DNA of 63,978 bases, the filler included, from Octopus bimaculoides (Eukaryota): the NCBI RefSeq assembly GCF_001194135.2. It is 8 parts of 8 records of this genome, joined end to end, with 100 filler letters (N's around TTAATTAATTAA, not from the genome) between each part and the next. Parts side by side here need not be neighbours in the genome. Positions count along the whole stretch, not along the records: positions 47,547 to 56,672 come from NC_068991.1; positions 56,773 to 63,978 come from NW_026391934.1; 6 more parts are not named here. One strand, 5' to 3'. The notes beneath the pieces are model-generated. The model ran no database searches. It was not told where the DNA came from and saw only the letters and a list, made by a program, of their open reading frames with translations. Position 1 is the first letter of the stretch, and each line of letters begins with the position of its first letter. This document shows positions 49,087 to 60,781 of this stretch, piece after piece. A program made the translations under genes and the position numbers.

Positions 49087-49194
49087 NNNNNNNNNNNNNN
49101 NNNNNNNNNNNNNNNNNNNNNNNNNNNNNNNNNNNNNNNNNNNNNNNNNNNNNNNNNNNNNNNNNNNNNNNNNNNNNNNNNNNNNNNNNNNNNN

Positions 49195-49245
<51 letters not shown>

Positions 49246-49293
49246 CATATGCATATATATGAATATGCATGTACATGTGCATATATGTATATA

Positions 49294-49326
<33 letters not shown>

Positions 49327-49445
49327 CATATGTTTGTATATATATTATCTTGACAAAACGTTTCGCGTTTCGGAAGAAACAGCTGTAGCGTGATTGATAT
49401 CATGTCAGTGTATGTACATGTGTGCATGCATTTACATGTGCGTGC

Positions 49446-49476
<31 letters not shown>

Positions 49477-50440
49477 CACATGTATTAATTATACTTAAAC
49501 ATTTAAAGAAGGGTTTGTGAAACGGGTTTCCTTTTGAGTTATATCCAATTTTTCAATCGCACATTTTTTTTAGCATACTGTAGTTGACTTTGTGTAATGT
49601 TATTTTGCGTACGCGTGTGAAGGTGTATATAAATGTATGACCACGTATATGTATGTTTAATGTGTGTGTATACATGTAAATATATATATATATACTTATG
49701 CACAATTCACAGGAACATTAATCAAGTTAGTAGTTGGTAAAATTAATAGTCTATTGTAATTAATTGTTTTCGCGCAAATCGCGAAAAGTATTACATTTGG
49801 CGACAAGTCTGTCCCTCCCTTCCCCTCCCTCTGTCCCTCCCCTCCCTCCCTCTGTCCCTCTCTATCTCTTTGACTCTCTCTCTCCTTCTCTCCCGCTCTC
49901 TCTCTTTGTTTCTCTCTCTCTATCTCTCTGTCTCTCTCACACACGTACATACATATGTACATAAACACCCACATACATATATATGTGTGACAAACACATT
50001 TCAACTAACCTAACTTGTGATTATACGTAAACACTGTTTNNNNNNNNNNNNNNNNNNNNNNNNNNNNNNNNNNNNNNNNNNNNNNNNNNNNNNNNNNNNN
50101 NNNNNNNNNNNNNNNNNNNNNNNNNNNNNNNNNNNNNNNNNNNNNNNNNNNNNNNNNNNNNNNNNNNNNNNNNNNNNNNNNNNNNNNNNNNNNNNNNNNN
50201 NNNNNNNNNNNNNNNNNNNNNNNNNNNNNNNNNNNNNNNNNNNNNNNNNNNNNNNNNNNNNNNNNNNNNNNNNNNNNNNNNNNNNNNNNNNNNNNNNNNN
50301 NNNNNNNNNNNNNNNNNNNNNNNNNNNNNNNNNNNNNNNNNNNNNNNNNNNNNNNNNNNNNNNNNNNNNNNNNNNNNNNNNNACATACTTAATCATATAT
50401 ATATGAAAATGTATATATTTGTAAAAATATGCGGGGAAAT

Positions 50441-50496
<56 letters not shown>

Positions 50497-51089
50497 GTTA
50501 TACGACGAGTTCCTTTCAGTTTCTCTCCCCCCCAAATCCACTCACAAAGCTTAAAGCTTTGGTCGGCCCGGAGTGAGAGTAGAAAGCAGCTGTCATAGAT
50601 CCCATGCAGTGGGATGGAACCCAGAACCATGTAGTTAGAAAGCTAATTTCTTAGCCCACACTCACCCCTGAAAATACATACATCACTCTAATCGTGTTGA
50701 GTGCACTCTGATTCCACAGACTTCTCTCAACGCTTCCTGGTGCCCCATAATCCCTACGATGCCTGGAAAATTGTCTCAAGGTTTGTATATTTCAGCAACT
50801 GTTGCTCGTATGTTCGACAATGTTTCTTCTTCGTATATCGATTCTGATAGTTATACGTGACGTATAGCCTTTTCTTTTCCTGTAGTGTCTCAGACAACAT
50901 TCTTAAGATTGCATTGTTTGATATTTTTTCTAAATAAAGGTATATTTCTATATGATACATTGTTCTGTAAGTATTGTTTCCAAGAAACGTTCTTCAACTG
51001 CCTTAACATCTTGGTAAATGTTGAATTTAGTCTGCTTTCTTCGATTTTCGCATGTCTCTAGCATTTAGATTCATATATCAATATGCTTG

Positions 51090-51425
51090 AGGTGGCGAGC
51101 TGGCAGAAACTTTAGCACGCTGGGCGAAATTCTTAGCAGTAGTTCGTCTGGCAGGGGTCGGTAAATTAAGTACCAGTTACGCACTGGAGTCGATGTAATC
51201 GACTTAATCCCTTTGTCTGTCCTTGTTTGTCCCCTCTATGTGGGTAATAAAGAAATAAGAAACGTTAGCACGCCAGGCGAAATGCTTAGCGGTATTTCGT
51301 CTGCCCGGAGTCGGTAAATTAAGTACCAGTTACGCACTGGGGTCGATGTAATCGACTTAATCCGTTTGTCTGTCCTTGATTGTCCCCTCTGTGTGTAGCC
51401 CCTTGTGGGCAGTGAAGAAATAACA
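51090..51425 (+). mobile_element. Tandem pair of internally deleted SINE family A copies
   Basis: Both copies lack the same central segment (ttcgtctg...ggtcggtaaattaagtaccagttacgcactgg). Confidence 0.8.
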
Positions 51426-52349
51426 CACATACTTAGAGAGAGANNNNNNNNNNNNNNNNNNNNNNNNNNNNNNNNNNNNNNNNNNNNNNNNNNNNNNNNN
51501 NNNNNNNNNNNNNNNNNNNNNNNNNNNNNNNNNNNNNNNNNNNNNNNNNNNNNNNNNNNNNNNNNNNNNNNNNNNNNNNNNNNNNNNNNNNNNNNNNNNN
51601 NNNNNNNNNNNNNNNNNNNNNNNNNNNNNNNNNNNNNNNNNNNNNNNNNNNNNNNNNNNNNNNNNNNNNNNNNNNNNNNNNATATATATACATAAATACA
51701 TACATACATACATGCATACATAATACATATATACAAAAATCGAGCATAAATGTAAATCCTTTGATTAGGCGACTGGCAAAAGAACCATATTGTAAAAAAA
51801 AACACCTTCCATCCACGAACTCACCCATAAAAAAAAAATACATTAAAAAGAATCAATAACAAAACTAACAATAAATACAACAACAATAACAACAACAACA
51901 ATAACGAAATGCAACACAAAGTACGTCGTCTGCCCCTTCGCCTTAAAAAAATATGAAAGATTCTCCAATCGACAAAATGGCGTCACTATTAAGACAAAGC
52001 CAAACTGTTCGCTGGATTATTTAAATTGCAGAACAGTTCGTTTGAACCCTATTCAGACCAGCTTGTGATATAAGCTGCGCGTTGGCTTTTATTACCAATA
52101 ATCTGATGATCGAACTCTTCGTTTTGTAATGGCTGCCAAGTTGTTCTGTGAAACTCCTTTAACAGATCAATCATATAACGTCCGGAAGGTTGTCTTTGTA
52201 ACCGCCATTGCTTTTTATCTCCGTTGCTCTTTTTAATCTTTCCGAGTTTATGGTGACCCTTTGGAGATAGCCAAGTACAGTAGATTGAATAGATTGATAG
52301 CGAAAGTGAAGAAATACGTGCCTCTATGTGTGTGTGTGTGTGTGTGTGA

Positions 52350-52381
<32 letters not shown>

Positions 52382-52540
52382 TTCTGTGTATGTGTGTGTA
52401 TGTGTGCTCAAGCGTCGTGCTCTTCTGTGTACGCTGATAGACAGATCTATCTATCTATCTATCTATCTACTATTCTGTCTCTCTTACTCTGATTCTGATT
52501 CTGTCTATCTGTCTATCTGTCTGTCCGTCTCTCTCTCCCT

Positions 52541-52648
<108 letters not shown>

Positions 52649-52874
52649 TGAGAGTGAGAGAGAGAGAGAGAGAGAAAGGTAGACGGCTTAGTGGCTAACT
52701 AGACTCTTAGATGGATAGATAGCTGGGTAGTAAGCTATACACATACATACATACATACATACATACATACAAACACAAACATGTATATATCCATACATGC
52801 ATACATATATACTATATATATATAAACATGCATATAAACATATGCATATATATATAAACATGCATATAAACATA

Positions 52875-52931
<57 letters not shown>

Positions 52932-53143
52932 ATGTATATATATATATATATATATGCATATATGTATAAGTAAAATATTACATATATAGATATATAGATA
53001 TATGAATAGATTGACAGAATGAGTAAGTTGGACGCGTAAATCTATGCAAAATGTTACACACACACACACACACACATTAGGAAAGAAGAATGAAGGAGGT
53101 AGGTAGCTAGGTAGATAAAACAATCGAATTATTATAGATTCAA

Positions 53144-53435
53144 TGACGTCAGCTAATATTTCTCTGCAAGCTACACTTTCTTCTATCGAATGCCAAAACG
53201 AGGTTACTATGAATTCGTTACGCCATCTTACACATGAATGTATTATTGCTTGGTTATCATTTCGCCCCCGAAATATATTTGCAACTCAATATATCTGACG
53301 TCATCACACCTCCGCTTTTAGTGTATCATCAGCTAAACTGTGCTTTGAGAAGGACAATAGCACCCATAATTTTCCCGCTTACATACGGAAGATACACGGG
53401 GAAATCCGAATGGATTGCTGATAGGAATGACGTCA
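53144..53435. promoter_or_regulatory. Cluster of three perfect CRE palindromes plus a YY1-like motif
   Basis: TGACGTCA at 53144-53151, 53296-53303 and 53428-53435. CGCCATCTT at 53221-53229. Confidence 0.35.
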
Positions 53436-53604
53436 TCATAATACTTGTTGATCCGACGAAATTACGAATGTGGCTCTGTGTGGTCGTTCAGTCTGCTAGA
53501 AATAGCAACGAATATACTTTATAATGTTACTCTTACTTTATAAAATAAATCGATGAATATGATTGATAAATTAGTCCGGTAGGCAACATGTTGCATCGTT
53601 TATA

Positions 53605-54650
53605 TTTCATCTTTTACTTGTTTCCGTCATTCTACTGCGGCAATGCTGGGGCATCGTCTTGAAAAGTTTAGTCGAGAAAATCGACCCCAAGACTTATTCT
53701 TTGTAAGCCTAGTACTTATTCTATCGGTCTCTTTTGCCGAACCACTAGGTTACGGGAACGTAAACACACCAACATCGATTGTCAAGCGATGGTAGGGGCA
53801 GGGGGACAAACACAGACACATAAACATGTATATATATGCATATATATATATANNNNNNNNNNNNNNNNNNNNNNNNNNNNNNNNNNNNNNNNNNNNNNNN
53901 NNNNNNNNNNNNNNNNNNNNNNNNNNNNNNNNNNNNNNNNNNNNNNNNNNNNNNNNNNNNNNNNNNNNNNNNNNNNNNNNNNNNNNNNNNNNNNNNNNNN
54001 NNNNNNNNNNNNNNNNNNNNNNNNNNNNNNNNNNNNNNNNNNNNNNNNNNNNNNNNNNNNNNNNNNNNNNNNNNNNNNNNNNNNNNNNNNNNNNNNNNNN
54101 NNNNNNNNNNNNNNNNNNNNNNNNNNNNNNNNNNNNNNNNNNNNNNNNNNNNNNNNNNNNNNNNNNNNNNNNNNNNNNNNNNNNNNNNNNNNNNNNNNNN
54201 NNNNNNNNNNNNNNNNNNNNNNNNNNNNNNNNNNNNNNNNNNNNNNNNNNNNNNNNNNNNNNNNNNNNNNNNNNNNNNNNNNNNNNNNNNNNNNNNNNNN
54301 GTTTAGTCGAGAAAATCGACCCCAAGACTTATTCTTTGTAAGCCTAGTACTTATTCTATCGATCTCTTTTGCCGAACCGCTAAGTTACGGGGACGTAAAC
54401 ACACCACCATTGGTTGTCAAGCAATGATGGGGAGACACACACAGACATGCAAACACACATACATACATATATATACATATATACGACGGGCTTCTTTCAG
54501 TTTCCGTCTACCAAATCCACTCAAAAGGCTTTGGTCGGCCCGAGGCTATAGTAGAAGACACTTGCCCAAGGTGCCACGCAGTGGGACTGAACCCGGAACC
54601 ATGTGGTTGGTAAGCAAGCTACTTACCACACAGCCAATCCTGCGCCTATA
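53605..54650 (-). mobile_element. SINE family B (tail duplicated across a gap, complete head at 54490-54650)
   Basis: The minus-strand head ataggcgcaggattggctgtgtggtaagtagc...gggttcagtcccactgcg has A-box- and B-box-like motifs. Confidence 0.85.
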
Positions 54651-55287
54651 TACATATATACATATATTATGCGAATTGACCGCAATATCTGACGATCACG
54701 CCATTATATCTACATCCTGAAAAGGCCATTATAACCAGTCACAGTAGCTGATAAATTCACTTTTTATTTATTTCTTATGGGTGTCAATTGTCCCACCACA
54801 ACGATCTGAAATATTCGTGTCGTAAAATGTTGAAAACGATAATGACATTCCAGTAGTTTGCGGTGTTGTGAAGAAAAAAATTCCTGGCTAAATAATGTGT
54901 TGTTTAATAAAATTTAACATAGACGACCCTACTATTATCGTTATTATTAGTACCCCTATTCTGCTACCGAGGGTTTTATGCTAATATTAGCATCCATAAA
55001 GGGCTTAGCCCCATGGATATCTCGTCACACTCTAAAGACGAAGACAAATGTAACTCTTCAGCTCTGAGAGGCAGGAATCCGTTACGGTCATTTGGTCAGT
55101 AAGCCACCAAAGAATAAATACTCTGGGATCAGCGAGTGAGTTAAGCCATCCTTTATGGATGCGAAACCATTGGTCACTCAATGACCAGACATTGACTTAA
55201 CTACATATAAATAAATATATATGTATAGTCCCTCGACTATCGCGGGTGTTACGCCCCCCCCCCCNNNNNNNNNNNAAATATATATGT

Positions 55288-55370
55288 ATAGTCCCTCGAC
55301 TATCGCGGGTGTTACGCCCCCCCCCCCACCGCCACCGCGATAGATGAAAATCCGCGAAGTAGAAACAGTA
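55288..55370 (+). mobile_element. Tigger/pogo-like MITE terminus
   Basis: tagtccctcgactatcgcgggtgttacg...ccgcgatagatgaaaatccgcgaagtag shows the internal hairpin organisation remembered for Tigger-type ends. A SINE A copy follows directly. Confidence 0.5.
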
Positions 55371-55374
55371 CAGT

Positions 55375-55606
55375 AAGGCGGCGAGCTGGCAGAAACGTTA
55401 GCATGCCGGGCGAATTGCTTAGCGGTATTTCGTCTGCCGCTACGTTCTGAGTTCAAATTCCGCCGAGGTCGACTTTGCCTTTCATCCTTTCGGGGTCGAT
55501 TAAATAGGTACCAGTTACGCACTGGAGTCGATATAATCGACTTAATCCGTTTGTCTGTCCTTGTTTGTCCCTTCTTTGTGTAGCCCCTTCTGGGTAGTAA
55601 AGAAAT
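55375..55606 (+). mobile_element. SINE family A, full-length reference copy
   Basis: A-box TGGCAGAAACGTTAG, B-box GAGTTCAAATTCC, central gcctttcatcctttcggggtcgat, tail tagccccttctgggtagtaaagaaata. Confidence 0.9.
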
Positions 55607-56364
55607 ACCACGTATACTTACATACATACATATATACATATATATATACACGACGTTTCCAATAACCAAATACACTAACAAGTCTTTTGTCGGCCCGAAG
55701 CTATATTAAAAACACTTGCCCAAGGTTCCGCATTGAACCTTGATATTTTTTACTCTTCGGATTTACCAAACGATATTTTGTTTTGTTATACTTTGAATTA
55801 GAGTTGCGCTTAAACACGATTTTTTCAATTTATTTCCTTTCGTCGAAATTGGGTGGGTCTTAGGCGGTATGAAAAAAATGTTGTGGATTGTAACAGGAAA
55901 GAAAAAAAAAACCCAAAAGAAACCCGTTTTAGTGGTTTACATCGTGAGTGAACACTCAAGGCGTGACTAGGATGCATGAATAGTTAAGAATGAGTAACTG
56001 TGTTAAAACTAACTGTTGGTGCTACTTTGCAGCGTTAAAAGCTATTAAATATTTTCCTACCCCTAACGTGAGTAGGCATATATAACAATGAAGATCTCTT
56101 AATCTTGGTTCATGTAATAATAACAGCAATGAAGCAATACATGTAATTTACGTCAAAGATAACCGATTTTATAACAAGTCAAACAGGATCTGGTTAAATC
56201 TATAAAAGATTATAACGGGCCAGCGAGGTAGCCTCCATGTACATGTTGTTATTCTAGGCGTGGTTATATGGTTAAATTGCTCGCTTTCATATCTTTACTG
56301 TTTAATCAGAAGAATGCCAGCGCCCCTATAACTTATTCAAGTGTTTCAATAGCTAGCAGGAAGT

Positions 56365-56672
56365 TTTTGTTGGCACTCCGTCGCTTACGACGTCGAGGGT
56401 TCCAGTTGATCCGATCAACGGAACAGCCTGCTCGTGAAATTAACGTGCAAGTGGCTGAGCACTCCACAGACACGTGTACCCTTAACGTAGTTCTCGGGGA
56501 TATTCAGCGTGACACAGTGTGACAAGGCTGACCCTTTGAATTACAGGAACAACAGAACCAGGAAGTAAGAGTGAGAGAAAGTTGTGGTGAAAGAGTACAG
56601 CAGGGTTCGCCACCATCCTCTGCCGGAGCCTCGTGGTGCTTTAGATGTTTTCGCTCAATAAACACTCACAAC
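56365..56672 (-). mobile_element. SINE family C
   Basis: Reverse complement of the 57956-58325 body. Confidence 0.88.
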
Positions 56673-56859
56673 NNNNNNNNNNNNNNNNNNNNNNNNNNNN
56701 NNNNNNNNNNNNNNNNTTAATTAATTAANNNNNNNNNNNNNNNNNNNNNNNNNNNNNNNNNNNNNNNNNNNNGAAATAAATAAAGCGTAAGAAATAAATA
56801 AAGCTGATTAAATGATTCGGACCGATTCATTATTTTACTCGCTCAGTCAGGAGTACTAC

Positions 56860-57080
56860 AGACATGTAGTGAGAATATCGAAGGAAAGAATCGCAAGTCA
56901 AATTCTTCGAGCCGAGCCAATCGGCAGGAGACGTAGGGATAGACCAAGCGCAAGATAACTGGATAATATCCATAGCCGCAGTTGGTTACGCTTGGGAATT
57001 CAGCCGGATTTTGATTGGACCCTATTCCCTTCCAGGAATAGAGGACGGAGATGGATGGAGAGTCAGAAGAAGGATAGTAG
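56860..57080 (+). mobile_element. RTE-like LINE ORF2 3' fragment
   Basis: HVVRISKERIASQILRAEPIGRRRRDRPSAR*LDNI matches the HV.RM...RI..QIL...P.G.R..GRP..RW.DNI consensus. Confidence 0.7.
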
Positions 57081-57885
57081 CGATCCTGACCGTTTTGGAG
57101 TCTCAGAGATTGGTGGAAGGCGAAACAGAAATCACCCTCGAATCGGAGATGTGATCTGATTGTTTGCATCAGACTTGACTCCGATGAAGGTTCCCCAAAA
57201 TTAAGTAACGGTGTTAAAGGACACGATTGAAGTGTGCCCAGTAAGCCACGGTAGGATTTGAACTTAGGACCTATAGAACCGGAATATACACCGCAAGGTA
57301 TTTTGTCCGACCTGTTAACGATTCTACCACTCTAGACTGAGATCCCGAGGGGGAGGTGAAAGACAAAGTTGACATGTATTGAACTCAGAATATAAGAAGT
57401 CAGAAAACCTAACTCAAGACATTTCATTTCGTTCGACGCTCTGTCGATACCACCACTTATCTTTCTGACCGCTAGCTCAAGCTGGAGCAGTTTCAGCAAC
57501 ACAGTCTCTTGGTGTTTAAGTTCAGATCAATCGTTTTTTTTATTAGACCTATGATGGAAATTATTCCAACCGTCTGATATAATGAGTCTAATAACACATT
57601 ACATCAGACTACATTATCAAATGTGTCCTACACCACAATGAAAACGAATGGGGCAAGCACTGGGGCATTCCACTACATTTCAGCAGACATAAGAGTTATA
57701 GGCTCTAATTCGATCACTTCCTCCTCAATATCAGCTTCATAGACCTTAATGTGCCCCCTACTACCTTATATAAGCTAATATGTGTGTGTTTGGTGGTAGA
57801 AAACATCTCTCTATATTTATATGTTTGTATTACGTGTGTGTGTGTGTGTGCGCGCGCGCATACATGCATGTATAAATGCATGTAT

Positions 57886-57925
<40 letters not shown>

Positions 57926-57955
57926 NNNNNNNNNNTACACACACACACACACACA

Positions 57956-58325
57956 GTGGAGGCGCAATGGCCCAGTAGTTAGGGCAGCGGACTCGCAGTC
58001 ATCGGATCGCTGTTTCGTTTTCCCAGACCGGGCGTTGTGAGTGTTTATTGAGCGAAAACACCTAAAGCTCCATGAGGCTCCGACAGAGGGTTGTGGAGAA
58101 CCCTGCTGTACTCTTTCACGACAACTTTCTCTCACTCCTTGTTTCTGTTGTACCTGTATTTCAAAGGGGTTAGCCTTGTCATACTCTGTGTCACGCTGAA
58201 TCTCCCCGAGAACTACGTTAATGGAACACGTGTCTGTGGAGTGCTCAGCCACTTGCTAGTTAATTTCACGGATAGGCTGTTCCGTTGATCGGATCAACTG
58301 GAACCGTCGTCGTCGTAAATGATGA
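57956..58325 (+). mobile_element. SINE family C, full-length reference copy
   Basis: tRNA-like head gtggaggcgcaatggcccagtagttagggcagcggactc...gtttcgttttcccagacc, followed by the body. Confidence 0.9.
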
Positions 58326-59115
58326 ATGCCACGAATATATACACATACCAAACTGAGAAAAAAAACTTGTTTAGGGGGATTTGGGATTTTTAAATTTTAT
58401 TTTAAGCTATAATAGTTCAAACAAATTACGCGTTTATTTATCAGAATGTATCCCATCATATTCTATTGTCTGTTTCCATCGTTGTGCCAGAAGCTCAATT
58501 CCACGTTTATACCATTTGGCTGGTTTCAAAGCAAAAGACTCTCTGCGCCCATTCTGAACCACATCCACATTGTTGAACCTCCGTCCGTGCAGGAAATGGG
58601 ACCATGGCTAGGAAAAGGTGTTAATTTGATGATACAAGGTCTGGGCTGTAGACTGAGTGAGGCAACACTCTCAGCCCCTCGAGTTCCTCAAGTATGGCGC
58701 TTGGTTACATTGACAGTGTCTGCTTGGTATTGTCATGAATGTCATCGATTGACCAATACCGGCTAGCAGGTTTTCATAACATCATATACTCACTGTGATT
58801 GTTGAGTTTGTATGTGTGTGCGTGTGTACGCGCGCCGAAGGGCGAGCAATCGCATATATATTCTTTGAGACAGAATGGAAGAAATGGAGAAGAATTTCGA
58901 TTTACCATCACGTACTACTACGTTCAATCCCATTGCAAGTCATATTGTCTTTACCTTGAATAAGTTTTCTCAGAAATTTAAGAGTGTTTGTGGACTATTT
59001 GGCCACTTACAGGCTAAATCAATGAACGGTTAATAATTCATTATAAGGAACAAATAATTACACGGCTTTCAAACATATGGAGATCCATTTACAAGACATA
59101 GAATACCCTTCCCCC

Positions 59116-59149
<34 letters not shown>

Positions 59150-59195
59150 ATGGATGTATTTTGTATAGATTTCTGAAACATACACTATTTATATG

Positions 59196-59252
<57 letters not shown>

Positions 59253-59432
59253 ACAAATCTACATGTAAACATATAATATATATATATAGGCTCAGGAACA
59301 CGGTGTGCAGGGGTGCCAACGTGCCCCCCTAACATTTTTGAAGAGCAGTGAAAACGCTTTGAACATCCTCTTAAAAATCTGAGTTTGCACCAACCCCCAT
59401 CCCCAAGCAGATTTCGTTCTCGCACTTGTGAC

Positions 59433-59518
<86 letters not shown>

Positions 59519-60275
59519 TACACCTTTCTGTTAGGTTTAGTATGTTTGTACATCCACACATTTTTATATCACTAAAGACATTTTTTAAGTCCTTGACCAT
59601 CGTCCACTGGTCATTTGGAACATCTCGCACCGAACAGGAGCCAAGGATGATCTGCAAGTGGTAAGGACAACGCGACTGAAGAAAAATCCAATTGCCCATA
59701 AATTCTCAAACATGGCAGTGTNNNNNNNNNNNNNNNNNNNNNNNNNNNNNNNNNNNNNNNNNNNNNNNNNNNNNNNNNNNNNNNNNNNNNNNNNNNNNNN
59801 NNNNNNNNNNNNNNNNNNNNNNNNNNNNNNNNNNNNNNNNNNNNNNNNNNNNNNNNNNNNNNNNNNNNNNNNNNNNNNNNNNNNNNNNNNNNNNNNNNNN
59901 NNNNNNNNNNNNNNNNNNNNNNNNNNNNNNNNNNNNNNNNNNNNNNNNNNNNNNNNNNNNNNNNNNNNNNNNNNNNNNNNNNNNNNNNNNNNNNNNNNNN
60001 NNNNNNNNNNNNNNNNNNNNNNNNNNNNNNNNNNNNNNNNNNNNNNNNNNNNNNNNNNNNNNNNNNNNNNNNNNNNNNNNNNNNNNNNNNNNNNNNNNNN
60101 NNNNNNNNNNNNNNNNNNNNNNNNNNNNNNNNNNNNNNNNNNNNNNNNNNNNNNNNNNNNNNNNNNNNNNNNNNNNNNNNNNNNNNNNNNNNNNNNNNNN
60201 NNNNNNNNNNNNNNNNNNNNNNNNNNNNNNNNNNNNNNNNNNNNNNNNNNNNNNNNNNNNNNNNNNNNNNNNNNN

Positions 60276-60610
60276 TGTGGTAAGTAGCTTGTTTACTAAC
60301 CACATGGTTCTGGGTTCAGTCCTACTGCGTGGCACCTTGGGCAAATGTCTTCTACTATAGCCTCGGGCCGACCAAAGCCTTGTGAGTGGATTTGGTAAAC
60401 GGAAACTGAAAGAAGCCCGTCGTATATATATATATATGTGTGTTTGTGTGTCTGTGTTTCTCCCCCCACCATCGCTTGACAACCGATGCTGGTGTGTTTA
60501 CGTCCCCGTAACTTAGCGGCTCGGCAAAAAGTGACCGATCGAATAAGTACTAGGCTTACAAAGAATAAGTCCTGGGGTCGATTTTCTCGACTAAAGGCGA
60601 TGCTCCAGCA
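60276..60610 (+). mobile_element. SINE family B, near full-length
   Basis: Head tgtggtaagtagc...gggttcagtcctactgcg, internal (TA)(TG) microsatellite, tail ...gcagtcaaatgactgaaacaggtaaaagag. Confidence 0.9.
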
Positions 60611-60781
60611 TGGCCGCAGTCAAATGACTGAAACAGGTAAAAGAGTATAGGTATAAATATTTAAATTGAAATGTCTATAAATATATGGATACAAATGTGT
60701 ATATAGATTTATATGTGCGTATATATGCTATATACTCTTACGTTGGGTGTGCGTGTGTATATATATATATATATAAATATA

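Noticed and set aside
57956-58030. tRNA genes at SINE heads
   Set aside because: A and B boxes are present but there is no full cloverleaf, and each continues into a repeated SINE body.
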